Shown here: in pieces, positions 44,512 through 54,341 of the stretch | How positions within the stretch are numbered: the stretch's first letter is position 1 | Layout of the letters: each line of letters opens with the position of its first letter | Virus record (IMG/VR): IMGVR_UViG_3300047585_000133 | Coordinates: 1-64,000 of that record | DNA: 64,000 bases | Origin: a virus | Strand: one strand, 5' to 3' | Position numbers and translations under genes: made by a program | The notes under the pieces: model-generated | What the model was told of the DNA's origin: nothing | The model's database searches: none | Seen by the model: only the letters and a program-made list of their open reading frames with translations

Positions 44512-46850
44512 CCGTCCCCGCTGACTTCTACGGCGTCCCCCTGATCGGGGTCACCGAGCAGACCGACTCGATCACCCTGACGGCGAGCCCGTCGGCCCTG
44601 TCGAAGAAGGGAATCGTCTCCTACCCGTCGCTGGAGACCGCCGGGGCATCTCCGACCGCCGACGTGATCACTGTCTACGACGTCACCGCGAGCAAGACCC
44701 TGGTACTGAACACCGACTACACGCTGACCGCTTCGGGCAGCTCGCCGGAAACGCAGACGTACTCGGTAACCTGGGTCAGTTCCTCGTCGAACGCCGCCAG
44801 CGGCGACACCTGCCGGGTCACCTACCGCTGGGGTACTGTCCCGGACACGTCCTTCAACGCGGGCGACTTCGAGGGCGAGCCCGGTGCCGCCCCGACGGGC
44901 ACCGCGTTCGAGGCGTCTAACCAGGCGACCACCGGATCCACGGTCGCGGGCATCGGCGACCAGGCAGCGGGCGGCTCCCTGACCGACCCGGCCATGGGTA
45001 CCCAGTCCAGCTCGGAGACAGGTGCTCCCGGCAGCGAGTACAAGGTTACCGGGGTTTCCCCGGGGCCGTTCGGGTGGACCGGGCCCGGCGCCCCCGACTC
45101 CGAGGGCGTCTACGGCGGGGACCTGCCGGAGAACTTCACTCCGTCCACCAACTACGAGTCCGGCACCCTGGACACCACGTACGCGGGCGGCGGCGACCTG
45201 GTGCCGTCGATGTACTCCAGCCCGAACGGCTACCGCGCCCCGTCAGCCGGAGTGGCCGCAGCGAACAAGGACACGACGCTGACGGACATCCTGGGCAACC
45301 AGGTTAACGACACCCCGGTCTTCGCCGACGCCTCGTACGCGGCGGCGGTCATCGACACCAGCTACATCGGCGCCCCGGCTAAGCCCACTCCGCTGCTGAC
45401 GCAGACGGACGCCTTCGCCGCCGCCCAGGCGGGCTCGCCGCAGTACCTGAGCCAGTCCGGGATCGTCCCGTCCACCATCGTGGTGACGGACACCAGCACC
45501 TCGGCGACGCTGGTACTGACCACCGACTACACGGTGACCACCGCCGGAAACGGGCCGACGCTCGCCGCCTATATCACGCCGGCCAGCGGGACGAACTTCA
45601 CCAGCGGGAACAACATCTCGGTGGCCTACTCCTACGGGGACGCCACCTACTGGGACTCCAACCCCCCGGCGAGCGTCCCGGGCGCGCCGACGATGAACTC
45701 CGTCACGGCCGTCAACCGGGGCGCGAAAGTCAGCTGGTCGGCGCCTTCGACGGACGTCTACGTCCAGTACTACCTGCTCCAGGCCAGCGACCTGGGTACG
45801 ATGTACGTGCCCTACACCGGCCAGCCGGTCTCCTACGGGCAGCCGTCTCCCTCGGGCGGCGCGGACGTGGGCCAGCCGACTTTCCAGTCCGACGCGCTGA
45901 CCCTGCTGGCCGCCGCCCTGGCGGTTCCGGCCTCGGCGCCCTCCCTGGCCACCGCGACAACCGGCGGCACCGTCCTGGCCGGGACCTACCACGCCGTCGT
46001 CACGTACGTGAACGCCAACGGCGAGACCACCGGGTCGGCAGCCGGGTCGGTCACCACCACCGGGTCCACTTCGACGATTACGGTCCCGTCCCCGGCGGCC
46101 GAGACCGGGACGACCGGATGGTACGCCTACGTCACCCAGGCCGGCGGCTCGACCTACACCCGGCAGCAGGCCGCCGGATCCCCCACGGCGGTCGGCACCG
46201 CTCTTACCCTGACCGCGCCGCCGACCAGCACCGGGGCGAATCCCCCCACCTTGAACACCACCGTCCCGACTCTGTCCAGGACAGGCATCCTCACCCCGCC
46301 GGGACAGCTCATCGTCCGCGACATCACTTCCTCGGGGCAGTCGATCCTGACGTCGGGGGAGATCGCGGGCGGCGAAGCCGACCCGCTCCAGGCGGACGGC
46401 CAGGTGCTGGAGTACGGCTACGACTACACGGTTACGACGATCGGGACAGGACCCTGGACCCAGTACCAGGTCGCGTTCGTGGCCAGCTCGGTCAACGCCA
46501 GGGCGGGCGATTCCATCACGGTGGACTACTGGTACGGCGCGGACCCGTCGTCGGTGGCTGCGGTCTTCACCCAGGGCCTCCTTCAGAACACCCCGGTCAT
46601 CTACCGGCCGGACGGGACAACTCCCTACAACCAGGGCTACCGCTTCAAGGTGGCCGCCGGGAACCAGGCCGGGCTCGGGCCTTTCAGTGCCTGGTCGTCC
46701 TACGTGGTGCCGCTGAACTACAACGAGGCCCAGCCCGGGTCGGAAGGCTCGATCACCGTGGGCACCGGGTCGCTGGATCCGGCCAACGCGACCAATCCCA
46801 TCTACCGTCCCGACGGCACGGTCAAGTCCGGCACCGGACTCGGAGGCTGA
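44508..46850 (+). CDS. Large virion protein with Ig/fibronectin-III-like domains
   Basis: VPGAPT...VSWSAP and YRFKVAAGNQAGLGPFSAWS FN3 segments; repeated LxxDYTV units. Confidence 0.75.
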   Translation: MTVPADFYGVPLIGVTEQTDSITLTASPSALSKKGIVSYPSLETAGASPTADVITVYDVTASKTLVLNTDYTLTASGSSPETQTYSVTWVSSSSNAASGDTCRVTYRWGTVPDTSFNAGDFEGEPGAAPTGTAFEASNQATTGSTVAGIGDQAAGGSLTDPAMGTQSSSETGAPGSEYKVTGVSPGPFGWTGPGAPDSEGVYGGDLPENFTPSTNYESGTLDTTYAGGGDLVPSMYSSPNGYRAPSAGVAAANKDTTLTDILGNQVNDTPVFADASYAAAVIDTSYIGAPAKPTPLLTQTDAFAAAQAGSPQYLSQSGIVPSTIVVTDTSTSATLVLTTDYTVTTAGNGPTLAAYITPASGTNFTSGNNISVAYSYGDATYWDSNPPASVPGAPTMNSVTAVNRGAKVSWSAPSTDVYVQYYLLQASDLGTMYVPYTGQPVSYGQPSPSGGADVGQPTFQSDALTLLAAALAVPASAPSLATATTGGTVLAGTYHAVVTYVNANGETTGSAAGSVTTTGSTSTITVPSPAAETGTTGWYAYVTQAGGSTYTRQQAAGSPTAVGTALTLTAPPTSTGANPPTLNTTVPTLSRTGILTPPGQLIVRDITSSGQSILTSGEIAGGEADPLQADGQVLEYGYDYTVTTIGTGPWTQYQVAFVASSVNARAGDSITVDYWYGADPSSVAAVFTQGLLQNTPVIYRPDGTTPYNQGYRFKVAAGNQAGLGPFSAWSSYVVPLNYNEAQPGSEGSITVGTGSLDPANATNPIYRPDGTVKSGTGLGG

Positions 46851-46851
46851 G

Positions 46852-47511
46852 ATCGCCACCTACTCGACTGTCCTGGGGCTGAAACTCAACGACGAGTCCG
46901 ACCCGTTCCAGCTCAGCGACTTCATCCAGAACTGGGAGACGCTCGACGCCTCCCCGGGGACCTACATCTGCACGTCCACGTCCCGGCCGAGCTGGGGCAC
47001 CGGGCAGGCCGGGCGGCTGATCTTCATGAGCGACCTGAAGCAGCTGTCCTACTGGTCCGGGACGACCTGGAACGACCTGCGGGACGCCGCCCCGGTGTTC
47101 GCCGGCGGCTACTACATCAACGCTGCCTGCAACCCGGGCTCGACCGGGGTCTTCAACGTGCTGACGCTGACCACTCCGCGCCCGTCGGCGCTGAGCATCT
47201 GGATGGGCGCGACCTTCACCTACCCGGCCAACGGCTGGCAGATCGCCGCGCAGGCGATCACCTTCGACGGCACCGCCTCGCTGATGGGAAGCTTCCAGGA
47301 GGAGGTCCGGTTCGCCGGGGACCCGTACTCGACGGGCGGCGAGGGAGCGACCAACGCCACGAGCATGACGCTGATCCCGGACTGCACCGCCGGGCAGCAC
47401 CAGATCGGGGTCCGGGTGCAGGTCAGCAACACCTACTTCACGACCGTGACGCTCGTCGGGGTGAAGATCCTCGCGATGCTCTCGACTTACGCTTCGGGTA
47501 ACAGCCTGTGA
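46852..47511 (+). CDS. Virion structural protein with an apparent ATC start
   Basis: Coding-like frame from ATC GCC ACC TAC, 5 nt after GGAGG; first ATG is 58 codons later. Confidence 0.65.
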   Translation: MATYSTVLGLKLNDESDPFQLSDFIQNWETLDASPGTYICTSTSRPSWGTGQAGRLIFMSDLKQLSYWSGTTWNDLRDAAPVFAGGYYINAACNPGSTGVFNVLTLTTPRPSALSIWMGATFTYPANGWQIAAQAITFDGTASLMGSFQEEVRFAGDPYSTGGEGATNATSMTLIPDCTAGQHQIGVRVQVSNTYFTTVTLVGVKILAMLSTYASGNSL

Positions 47512-47520
47512 GGTGACCTG

Positions 47521-48420
47521 GTGAGCATCACCGACCCCGGCCTGGTCGACTGGACCGAGCGCACGTACCTGAGCCAGTTCTCCCAGCCGCCGCTTACCTT
47601 CACGGTCTACATCGGCGGGGCACCTGCCGACCCGGACGGCTCCTCGGTAACCGGGCGGCTGCTGATGCAGAACCCGGACGGCACCGAGGCCCTGGTGAAC
47701 ACCTACACGGCGGTCCGGGAGGCGCCCGGCACGTACGTGATCACCCCGTCCAGCTCCGACACGCAGACGCCGGGGTACGCCGAGCTGGACTGGATCTACG
47801 CGATCAGTGCCGTGCCGCAGCAGTACGCCACCTACCTTCAGATCGGCCCGGCCAACCCGTACTACGACGCACTGCCGCCGGAGACGCAGGACTTCCTCAA
47901 CGACCAGGTGTGGGTCCGGTTCGCCGACCTCTTCGACTCAGCCGGGGGCGGCCCCAACCTCCAGGAATATTTTCAGGCGCACTGGTCACGAGGCCGGATG
48001 GCGCAGATGATGAACATCGCGCTGCACAAGATCAACGCGGTCGCCCAGCCGTGGAGCAACTACACCCTCGACGGGGTGGACGGCCCGATGTACGCCTATC
48101 ATTTCTGGGGCGGCCTCCTGGCTTCCTACACCTACGTGGAGTGCTGCAAGCAGCTGATCCGCTCCTACACCGAGCAGCCGCAGTTCTCCGGGCCGCCGGT
48201 CGCCCGGATGGACCGCCGCGACTACACCGACCGCTGGCGGGCCGCCCTCCAGGACGAGCAGGCGGAGCTGAAGTCCCTGCTGGACGTGTTTAAGATTCGT
48301 CACATTTTGAATGGGTCACCTCGGGTGCTAGTTTCGGGAGGCAGCTATGGACGTTACGCCCCGACCAGGATCGCAGGCAGTGTGGCGGCTCGTCCGAGGA
48401 TGTATGCCAGGTGGTATTGA
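47521..48420 (+). CDS. Head-tail adaptor/neck protein
   Basis: WVRFADLFDS.GGP, LIRSYTEQP, RMDRRDY..RW and LVSGG.YG. Confidence 0.7.
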   Translation: MSITDPGLVDWTERTYLSQFSQPPLTFTVYIGGAPADPDGSSVTGRLLMQNPDGTEALVNTYTAVREAPGTYVITPSSSDTQTPGYAELDWIYAISAVPQQYATYLQIGPANPYYDALPPETQDFLNDQVWVRFADLFDSAGGGPNLQEYFQAHWSRGRMAQMMNIALHKINAVAQPWSNYTLDGVDGPMYAYHFWGGLLASYTYVECCKQLIRSYTEQPQFSGPPVARMDRRDYTDRWRAALQDEQAELKSLLDVFKIRHILNGSPRVLVSGGSYGRYAPTRIAGSVAARPRMYARWY

Positions 48421-48446
48421 TCCAGTCTGCGTCCACGGTCACGGCA

Positions 48447-48655
48447 TGAACGGCTGGCCCGACGGCCAGCCGGTCACCCCCTGGGCCGACCCGTGGCATG
48501 ACATAGCCGGGGACATCAGGAGTCTCTACATCCTGGATTCGTTCACGCTGCCGCTGCCGACGAAGCACAGCCGCGAGCGCGAGCGCTGGCGCGAGTCCGG
48601 CACCCTCACCCGGGAGATGATCGCCCGGCTGCTGGCGGGCGAGTTCAGGGAGTGA
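48447..48655 (+). CDS. Hypothetical protein
   Basis: High GC3; start uncertain. Confidence 0.4.
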
Positions 48656-48861
48656 CGCCGCCCCCGGGTACCTGCCAGTGTTCCCGGTCCCCGTTCCGCT
48701 CGTGCAGCTCTGCCATCACCCAGGAAGACCTGCTGTGCGACACCTGCCGGGCCGTCCGGGACGCGGGGGCGGCCTGCTGGGTAATGCCGGTTCTCCCGGA
48801 CGAGTACGTGCACTTCGGCGTCATCCTGGCTGACAGCGGGTTCTCCGTCCTCTGGCCGTGA
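48652..48861 (+). CDS. Small Zn-finger protein
   Basis: TCQC...C...TQEDLLCDTCR. Confidence 0.6.
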   Translation: MTPPPGTCQCSRSPFRSCSSAITQEDLLCDTCRAVRDAGAACWVMPVLPDEYVHFGVILADSGFSVLWP

Positions 48862-49244
48862 GGGAAAGGCAGATAATAACCGTCATGCCCTCTTCTCCCT
48901 GGATCCGCGACATCCTCGACGTCTACTGCCCGGCGTGCGGCGAGCCGAAGCTGCACCTGATGCAGTCCGACGTCATCCACTGCCTCGCTCCCGGCTGCCC
49001 AGACCCGGACGCGGCCCACAAGATCCTCGCCGAGCGGGAAACCCTCGACATCGTGACGTTCGACGACGGCCACTTCAACGTGCTCCACCCCCTGCGGGAG
49101 CGGATCGGCGGGGCGCTGCTGGACTGCCCGGTGGCCGAGGCGCTGGCTAGCACCCCGACGGCGGCGCAGCGGGCCGGGGGCCGGTACCGCGTGTGGCTGG
49201 ACGAGGACGGAAAGCTGATCTTGAAGCAGATCGAGGAGACGTAG
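48858..49244 (+). CDS. DUF6085-like Zn-binding protein
   Basis: CPACG...CLAPGCPDP and HPLRER motif. Confidence 0.65.
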   Translation: MRERQIITVMPSSPWIRDILDVYCPACGEPKLHLMQSDVIHCLAPGCPDPDAAHKILAERETLDIVTFDDGHFNVLHPLRERIGGALLDCPVAEALASTPTAAQRAGGRYRVWLDEDGKLILKQIEET

Positions 49245-49465
49245 TGACCTGCCAGTGCGACGTCATCCCGGAGCGGCCGTGCCCGGCGCAGGTCACCCAG
49301 GAGGACCTGCTGTGCGACACCTGCCGGAAAGCCAGGAGACCCGGCATGATCCACGCCGCCTCCACGATCTTCGGCGGGAGCATCGTGCGGACCTCGCACC
49401 TGGCCATCGACGCAAGGGTGTTCGCCCCGGAAGGATTACAGGCGGCAGCGGGGGAGGACGCATGA
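49244..49465 (+). CDS. Small Zn-finger protein, paralog of 48652-48861
   Basis: TCQC...C...TQEDLLCDTCR. Confidence 0.6.
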   Translation: MTCQCDVIPERPCPAQVTQEDLLCDTCRKARRPGMIHAASTIFGGSIVRTSHLAIDARVFAPEGLQAAAGEDA

Positions 49466-49779
49466 TCGTCTTCCCGCTGGTCAGCCGGTTCTTCCGGGCG
49501 GTGCTGGGCGAACCCCGTGCGCAGAACGTCATGAACAAGTGGCTGATGTACTTCTGGGTCGCCAACCTCGTCGGCGTGCACCTGGTGTTCTTCTTCGCCA
49601 ACAGCTTCTGGCAGAAGGCCTCGATCCTCTACCTGGCCGACATCTCCGTGTACGCCTGCATCGGCCAGCACTACACCGGGATGACCGCGTCCCTGACCGG
49701 GCTGAAAGCCGATGACCGGGCCGAGGCCCTGGAAGCATCAGGAGGCGATGACAGTGACCAGACGCGAACAGGAACTTGA
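49462..49779 (+). CDS. Membrane protein
   Basis: MIVFPLVSRFF...; two hydrophobic segments; GGAGG. Confidence 0.6.
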   Translation: MIVFPLVSRFFRAVLGEPRAQNVMNKWLMYFWVANLVGVHLVFFFANSFWQKASILYLADISVYACIGQHYTGMTASLTGLKADDRAEALEASGGDDSDQTRTGT

Positions 49780-49990
49780 AACCGAGAACCGGATGCTGCG
49801 CGAGCAGGTGGTCACCCTGGTGAAGTTCGTCGAGCAGGCGACCCGGCCGGTGATCCGCCTGGACTCCGCCCCGGCTTACCCGGTGTACATCCCGGACGGC
49901 AACCCTCCCTACTGGTACTGGAACCCGGTCGTCAACTACGGCAGCTGGATCTCTCCTGAGGTAAGCGTCTCTACTTTGACGTTCTCCTGA
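49748..49990 (+). CDS. Hypothetical protein
   Basis: GGAGG before MTVTRREQEL; coiled-coil start. Confidence 0.55.
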   Translation: MTVTRREQELETENRMLREQVVTLVKFVEQATRPVIRLDSAPAYPVYIPDGNPPYWYWNPVVNYGSWISPEVSVSTLTFS

Positions 49991-50143
49991 GCTATCCTGG
50001 CGGCGTGAGGGGCTGCCCCCGTGCCCCCGCGTCCGAATGAAGGCCCGGTTCCCCGCCCGGCCTCTTCAGGAGCCCGCCTGCGTTCAGAGCCCGCAGGCGG
50101 GCTCCCTCTTTTCCCCCGGAAGACGTGAGACCGGGGAGGAATC

Positions 50144-50525
50144 GATGACGGAAGACAGCGCCGGACTGGGAATGGCGGTGAACCCGTCGCGGTTCGAGAA
50201 GATCCTGGGCCTGATCCCCCGGTTCCTGTCCAGTCACGTCCACGTGATCTGGCTGCTGGGTCTCGGGATCTACCTGATTGTCCTGCCGCTGTGCGGGGTG
50301 AACGTCAGCGCCAAGTCCGAGCTGATCGGCGGCAACTACACCAACGTGAGCGGTGATATCGGCGCCTGCATCGCCGCCGGGGGAACAGTCCACCTGGTGA
50401 AGCAGCAGCGCAAGCGGAACAGGGTGACTGACGCCACCCACAAGATCATGGCCGATCTCTACCGCGAGCGCACAGGCGAGGCTCACCCGGCGGCGGTCAC
50501 GGAGATCACCGAGCCCCAGGGGTAG
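50144..50525 (+). CDS. Membrane protein (holin candidate)
   Basis: GGAGG before MTEDS; two hydrophobic segments and a basic tail. Confidence 0.55.
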
Positions 50526-50528
50526 CCG

Positions 50529-52745
50529 GTGCCCACCCAGAACGGCGCCGCCGCGTTCTCGGCCGGCCCCAGCGGCACCCAGGAGCTGCTGGACCAGGCT
50601 GGGAACGTCTTCCTGGACCAGGCGGGGAATCCTCTTCTCCTCCAGGGCGGCTCGGTACCCGGGGCGTCGATGGCCGTTACGGCTTCCTCGTTCACGCCCG
50701 ACCTGCACGGAGCAGCCGCCCTGTCCGGTACGGGAGAGCTGGCTTTCGGGACCGCCCCCGGCGCCGCCGCCCTGTCCGGGTCGGGTTCCCTGGCGGGCGG
50801 CGCGGCCGTCGTCAACCCGAACCCGTCGGCCGGCCTTTCGGCCGCTGCTTTCCTGACGGTTCCGGCACGGGTCATCAAGAACGCCTCGGCGTCGCTTTCG
50901 GCTGCCACGGTGATGACCGTCTCCGGGTTCGTCCCGCTGCTGACCGCCCGCCCGGTCATGGGCGCGACCGCCGTGGTCCACCAGGCTGCCGCCGCGCACC
51001 TGGCGGCCGGGGCGGTGCTGAGCGCCGCGACGTCGGCTTCGGCTGCGCACCTGAGCGCCGGGGCCGTGCTGCTCGCGCCGGGCCGGGCGGCGGCGGCCAG
51101 GCTCCTGGCGGGCACCAGCCTGCGGGTGTCCGGCAGCTACTTCATGCCGGGCCAGGCGGCCCTGTACGCCGCGCCCGCCCTGGCCGGGGCCGCGCACGTC
51201 ACCGAGCCCGGCTCTGTGCACCTGGCCGCCTCCACGGCGCTGGCGGCGGCGGCGCTGCTGCACGTCTCCGGCGGTGCCGCACTGCACGGGTCGGCGGCAC
51301 TGGCGGCAGCCCCGTTTACCGCTTCCGCTCACCTGGCCGCTGCCCCGCAGCTCGCAGCAGCGGGCGGGAAGACCGCACAGGCCGCTGCCGGCCTGCACGC
51401 CCCCGGTTCCGTCACGGCCGCCGCAAAGGTCACCGAGCATGCCAGGAGCGCTCTGGGGGCCGCTGCGGTGCTGTCGCCCCGTGCGGTCGTGGCCAAGACC
51501 GCCAGGGCCGCCCTGGGGGCTTCTGCCGTGCTGCACGCGGCGGGGATCCGCAGCGTTACCGGGCACGCTCCGTTCACGGCGGCCACGGCTCTGACGGCAC
51601 ACGGCGCCCGCACGGCCGTGGCCGCCGCCGCACTGTCCGCACCGGGCACTGCCGGGACTGCCGGCCACGTGTTCCCGGGCGCCCGGATGCACGCTTCCCC
51701 GTCGCTGGCGGCCGGGGCGGTGCTGTCCCGGCCGGGGCGGGCGGCGCTGGCGGCTACGGCGCGGCTGACCGGGACGGCGCACGGGACCGTGTTCCCGTCA
51801 GCTGCCTTTACGGCACCCGGTGCCTTCCTGCCTACTCCGCTGGGAGTAGTCCGGGCCCAGGCCGGATTCACCGCCCGGCCGTGCCTGCACGCCGCTGCGG
51901 AGACCAGGCCCGGAATCCCGCTTCCGGTCCGCCCGGCGGGGCAGCAGCCCGCCTGGCAGCGGGACGTCCAGCGGTTCGCAATTGTCCAGGAACGGCAGCG
52001 GCACGCCCAGGCGCTGTGGCAGTACGGGGAGCTGGCGGTGTTCGCCCTGCTGTGGCGGCCGGAAGACATCGGGCCCGGTCTGGCGCAGCGGTGCACCCGC
52101 TGCTGGAATCCCTCGGCGGTGATCGCCGGCCTGCCGCCGGATACCGTCCCGCCGGCGGGCTACTACACGATCCCCGGGGTGGAGGACCAGATCAGCGCCG
52201 CCTACGGGCAGGGGAACCAGTACCGCTGCACCCTGTGCTACGGCACCCAGCTCATCGCGGCCGGCCAGGTGAAGGTCCCCGGGGTCCGGGCCCTGCTGGT
52301 GCGCCCGGCTGTCCTTACCGACACCGACCAGAACCAGCAGCGTACCGCGAAGGGCACGGTGAACACCGGGTCGGTGTCGGTGCAGAGCACCCCGGACTTC
52401 CGGGTGAACACCCTGGACTACTTCTTCCGGTCCGACGGGCGCCGCTACCAGCTCCAGGTCCCGGCCCGGACCACCTTGCGGACCGGGTTCGGTTCCCCGT
52501 GGCAGGCTTCGGCTGCGATCAGCTACAACCTGGCGAACGCGTCCCTGGAAGACCCGAAGGCGTCGGTGGCGTACATCATCCCGCCGCTCAAGGGAGAGCT
52601 GGAGCGGGTACTGGGCACCTATACCCGCATCCCGGCTGACTACGCGTGGATCGAGCAGGTCAACGGCCCGCTGATCCCCGGAGAAGACCCGCCTCCGGCC
52701 GCCTCGGGGCTCTACCAGCCGCCGGTCAGTCTCGGGATCCGCTGA
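50529..52745 (+). CDS. Ala-rich repeat protein fused to a head-closure/neck-like domain
   Basis: About 450 aa of Ala-rich repeats, then RHAQALWQYGE, CTRC and CTLCYGT. Confidence 0.7.
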   Translation: MPTQNGAAAFSAGPSGTQELLDQAGNVFLDQAGNPLLLQGGSVPGASMAVTASSFTPDLHGAAALSGTGELAFGTAPGAAALSGSGSLAGGAAVVNPNPSAGLSAAAFLTVPARVIKNASASLSAATVMTVSGFVPLLTARPVMGATAVVHQAAAAHLAAGAVLSAATSASAAHLSAGAVLLAPGRAAAARLLAGTSLRVSGSYFMPGQAALYAAPALAGAAHVTEPGSVHLAASTALAAAALLHVSGGAALHGSAALAAAPFTASAHLAAAPQLAAAGGKTAQAAAGLHAPGSVTAAAKVTEHARSALGAAAVLSPRAVVAKTARAALGASAVLHAAGIRSVTGHAPFTAATALTAHGARTAVAAAALSAPGTAGTAGHVFPGARMHASPSLAAGAVLSRPGRAALAATARLTGTAHGTVFPSAAFTAPGAFLPTPLGVVRAQAGFTARPCLHAAAETRPGIPLPVRPAGQQPAWQRDVQRFAIVQERQRHAQALWQYGELAVFALLWRPEDIGPGLAQRCTRCWNPSAVIAGLPPDTVPPAGYYTIPGVEDQISAAYGQGNQYRCTLCYGTQLIAAGQVKVPGVRALLVRPAVLTDTDQNQQRTAKGTVNTGSVSVQSTPDFRVNTLDYFFRSDGRRYQLQVPARTTLRTGFGSPWQASAAISYNLANASLEDPKASVAYIIPPLKGELERVLGTYTRIPADYAWIEQVNGPLIPGEDPPPAASGLYQPPVSLGIR

Positions 52746-52968
52746 GGTTGCCGGAATCGTCGAACTCGCCGTTCCGCACCCCGCCGAGGAAGTCGTGCCA
52801 CTCGCCGGGCGTGAAGCACAGGATGCCTTCCTCCGGCCTGCGGCTGTTGCGCACGTTCACGGAGCCGTCGAGGAGGAACTGCACCTCGACGCAGTTGCCG
52901 TTGGCGTAGCTGAAGGAGGACTTGATCCATTCCGGCTCTGATGTAACTCTTTGTGCCATACCAGTCAT
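52726..52968 (-). CDS. DUF397 domain protein
   Basis: WIKSSFS..GNCVEV..VRNS..FTPGEWHDFLGGVRNGEF. Confidence 0.9.
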   Translation of the reverse strand: MTGMAQRVTSEPEWIKSSFSYANGNCVEVQFLLDGSVNVRNSRRPEEGILCFTPGEWHDFLGGVRNGEFDDSGNLSGSRD

Positions 52969-53062
52969 CCTATGTAGTAACGTGGTCGTGTGCTCCGGGT
53001 ACGTGCGGCCCACCTGCCCGCAGGCACGGTGAGGCCCCGGCCTGGAGGCGGGCCGGGGTCCC

Positions 53063-53290
53063 TCACTGCCAGATAGAGATCGCCGCCCGGATCTTTCCGT
53101 CGTCCGGGTTGCCGAGCACTTCGGTCAGGTCTTCCTGCGTCGGCCGGGCTTCCTCGTCCAGGGGCATGCGCACGATCAGGTCAGCCAGCCGCTCACGGCG
53201 GCGCTCCTTCTCGTCCAGTTCCCCGGTGACCCGCTCCTTCGCCAGCTTCAGCGCGCCGATGATGACCGTTCCCGCCTCTTCGATGTCCAT
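53063..53290 (-). CDS. Hypothetical protein
   Basis: High-GC3 ORF MDIEEAG... Confidence 0.55.
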   Translation of the reverse strand: MDIEEAGTVIIGALKLAKERVTGELDEKERRRERLADLIVRMPLDEEARPTQEDLTEVLGNPDDGKIRAAISIWQ

Positions 53291-53327
53291 GCCCCGCATC
53301 ATAAAGCGTCCCGGTAAAGTCACGGAC

Positions 53328-53504
53328 ATGGACGTAATGCGCGCCGGGCGCAGCCTGAGCCAGGTTCCGGAGAGCCTGTGCACCCTCTACCGGGTCACCG
53401 GAGAGGACTGGCAGGACCACGAGTGCATCGGCATCGTGAAGTCTCCGGAGATAGCGGCAGCCGTCTGCGAGGCTGTCAACGCACGGGGTATACCGCTGCC
53501 ATGA
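53328..53504 (+). CDS. Hypothetical protein
   Basis: IGIVKSPEIAAAVCEAVN motif; leaderless-type start. Confidence 0.55.
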   Translation: MDVMRAGRSLSQVPESLCTLYRVTGEDWQDHECIGIVKSPEIAAAVCEAVNARGIPLP

Positions 53505-53691
53505 CGCAGCCGGAGTGAGAACCCCGCTCCGCTGGTGGCGCGAGGTCTTCATGGCAGACCTGCGGCGCGAGCTGCCCGTGATCGTCCGGGCCCAGCGCGA
53601 GATGCCGTTCGTCCGCGATGCCGGCGGCGTGCCGGTTGCCGTCGCGGCTATCCCCCGGAAGGAGCAGGATCAGCCTCCGGGGAGGTGAACC

Positions 53692-54282
53692 GTGCCGGAC
53701 GAGGAGCACACGTCCGCCTGGGGGCAGCGTTCCTCTCCGTCCGGGGACTGGCGGCCGGTCCCTGACCCGACCTCCCTGACCACAGAAGCCGTACGTCTCG
53801 CCACGGAGCAGTTCCGGCGGGAAATGGCCGCCGAGCGCGAGTTCATCCTCTCCCGGATCGCGCTCGGCACAGCGGAAACGCGCCGGGTAGAGGAAGTCAT
53901 CCGGGAGAGATTTTCCGCGATCGAGGGCACGTTCTCCTCCAACGCCCTGGCCCTGACCGCCGCCCTGGCCGCGCAGAAGGAGGCGGCGGCCGAGCAGAAC
54001 AAGTCGAACTCCACCGCGATCGACAAGTCCGAGGAAGCCACCAAGGAGACGATCGCGGCCAACGCGGCACAGACCTCGGCCGGACTGAGTTCCCAGGCGG
54101 CGATAGTCGCCGACCTCAAGGAACGGGTGGTGCGCCTGGAGACCGCCGGCCCGGTCCGCCTGGAGGAACGGTCGGAGCGGCGCCTGGACCGGGGCGTCAG
54201 CATGGCAACGCTCATGGCGGTGATTGCCGTCGTCTCGGTGGTCGCCGCTATTGCCCTCGGCCTGGCGGCTGCTCTCAGGTAG
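53692..54282 (+). CDS. Coiled-coil protein with a C-terminal TM helix
   Basis: AALAAQKEAAAEQ...AIDKSE; GGAGG. Confidence 0.7.
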   Translation: MPDEEHTSAWGQRSSPSGDWRPVPDPTSLTTEAVRLATEQFRREMAAEREFILSRIALGTAETRRVEEVIRERFSAIEGTFSSNALALTAALAAQKEAAAEQNKSNSTAIDKSEEATKETIAANAAQTSAGLSSQAAIVADLKERVVRLETAGPVRLEERSERRLDRGVSMATLMAVIAVVSVVAAIALGLAAALR

Positions 54283-54341
54283 TCCCGAATGTCGGACCCC
54301 TCCGGTAAAATACAAGGTAATCAGATAAACCGGAGGATTAC

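Noticed and set aside
49436-49438. TTA codon near the end of a small Zn-finger gene (also near the end of bldC)
   Set aside because: No frame break is needed; the bldC TTA is explained by the overlapping 19-bp box
54310-54328. Seventh copy of the 19-bp box (ATACA-N9-GATAA)
   Set aside because: Only the ends match and the central CTTTTCTT is absent
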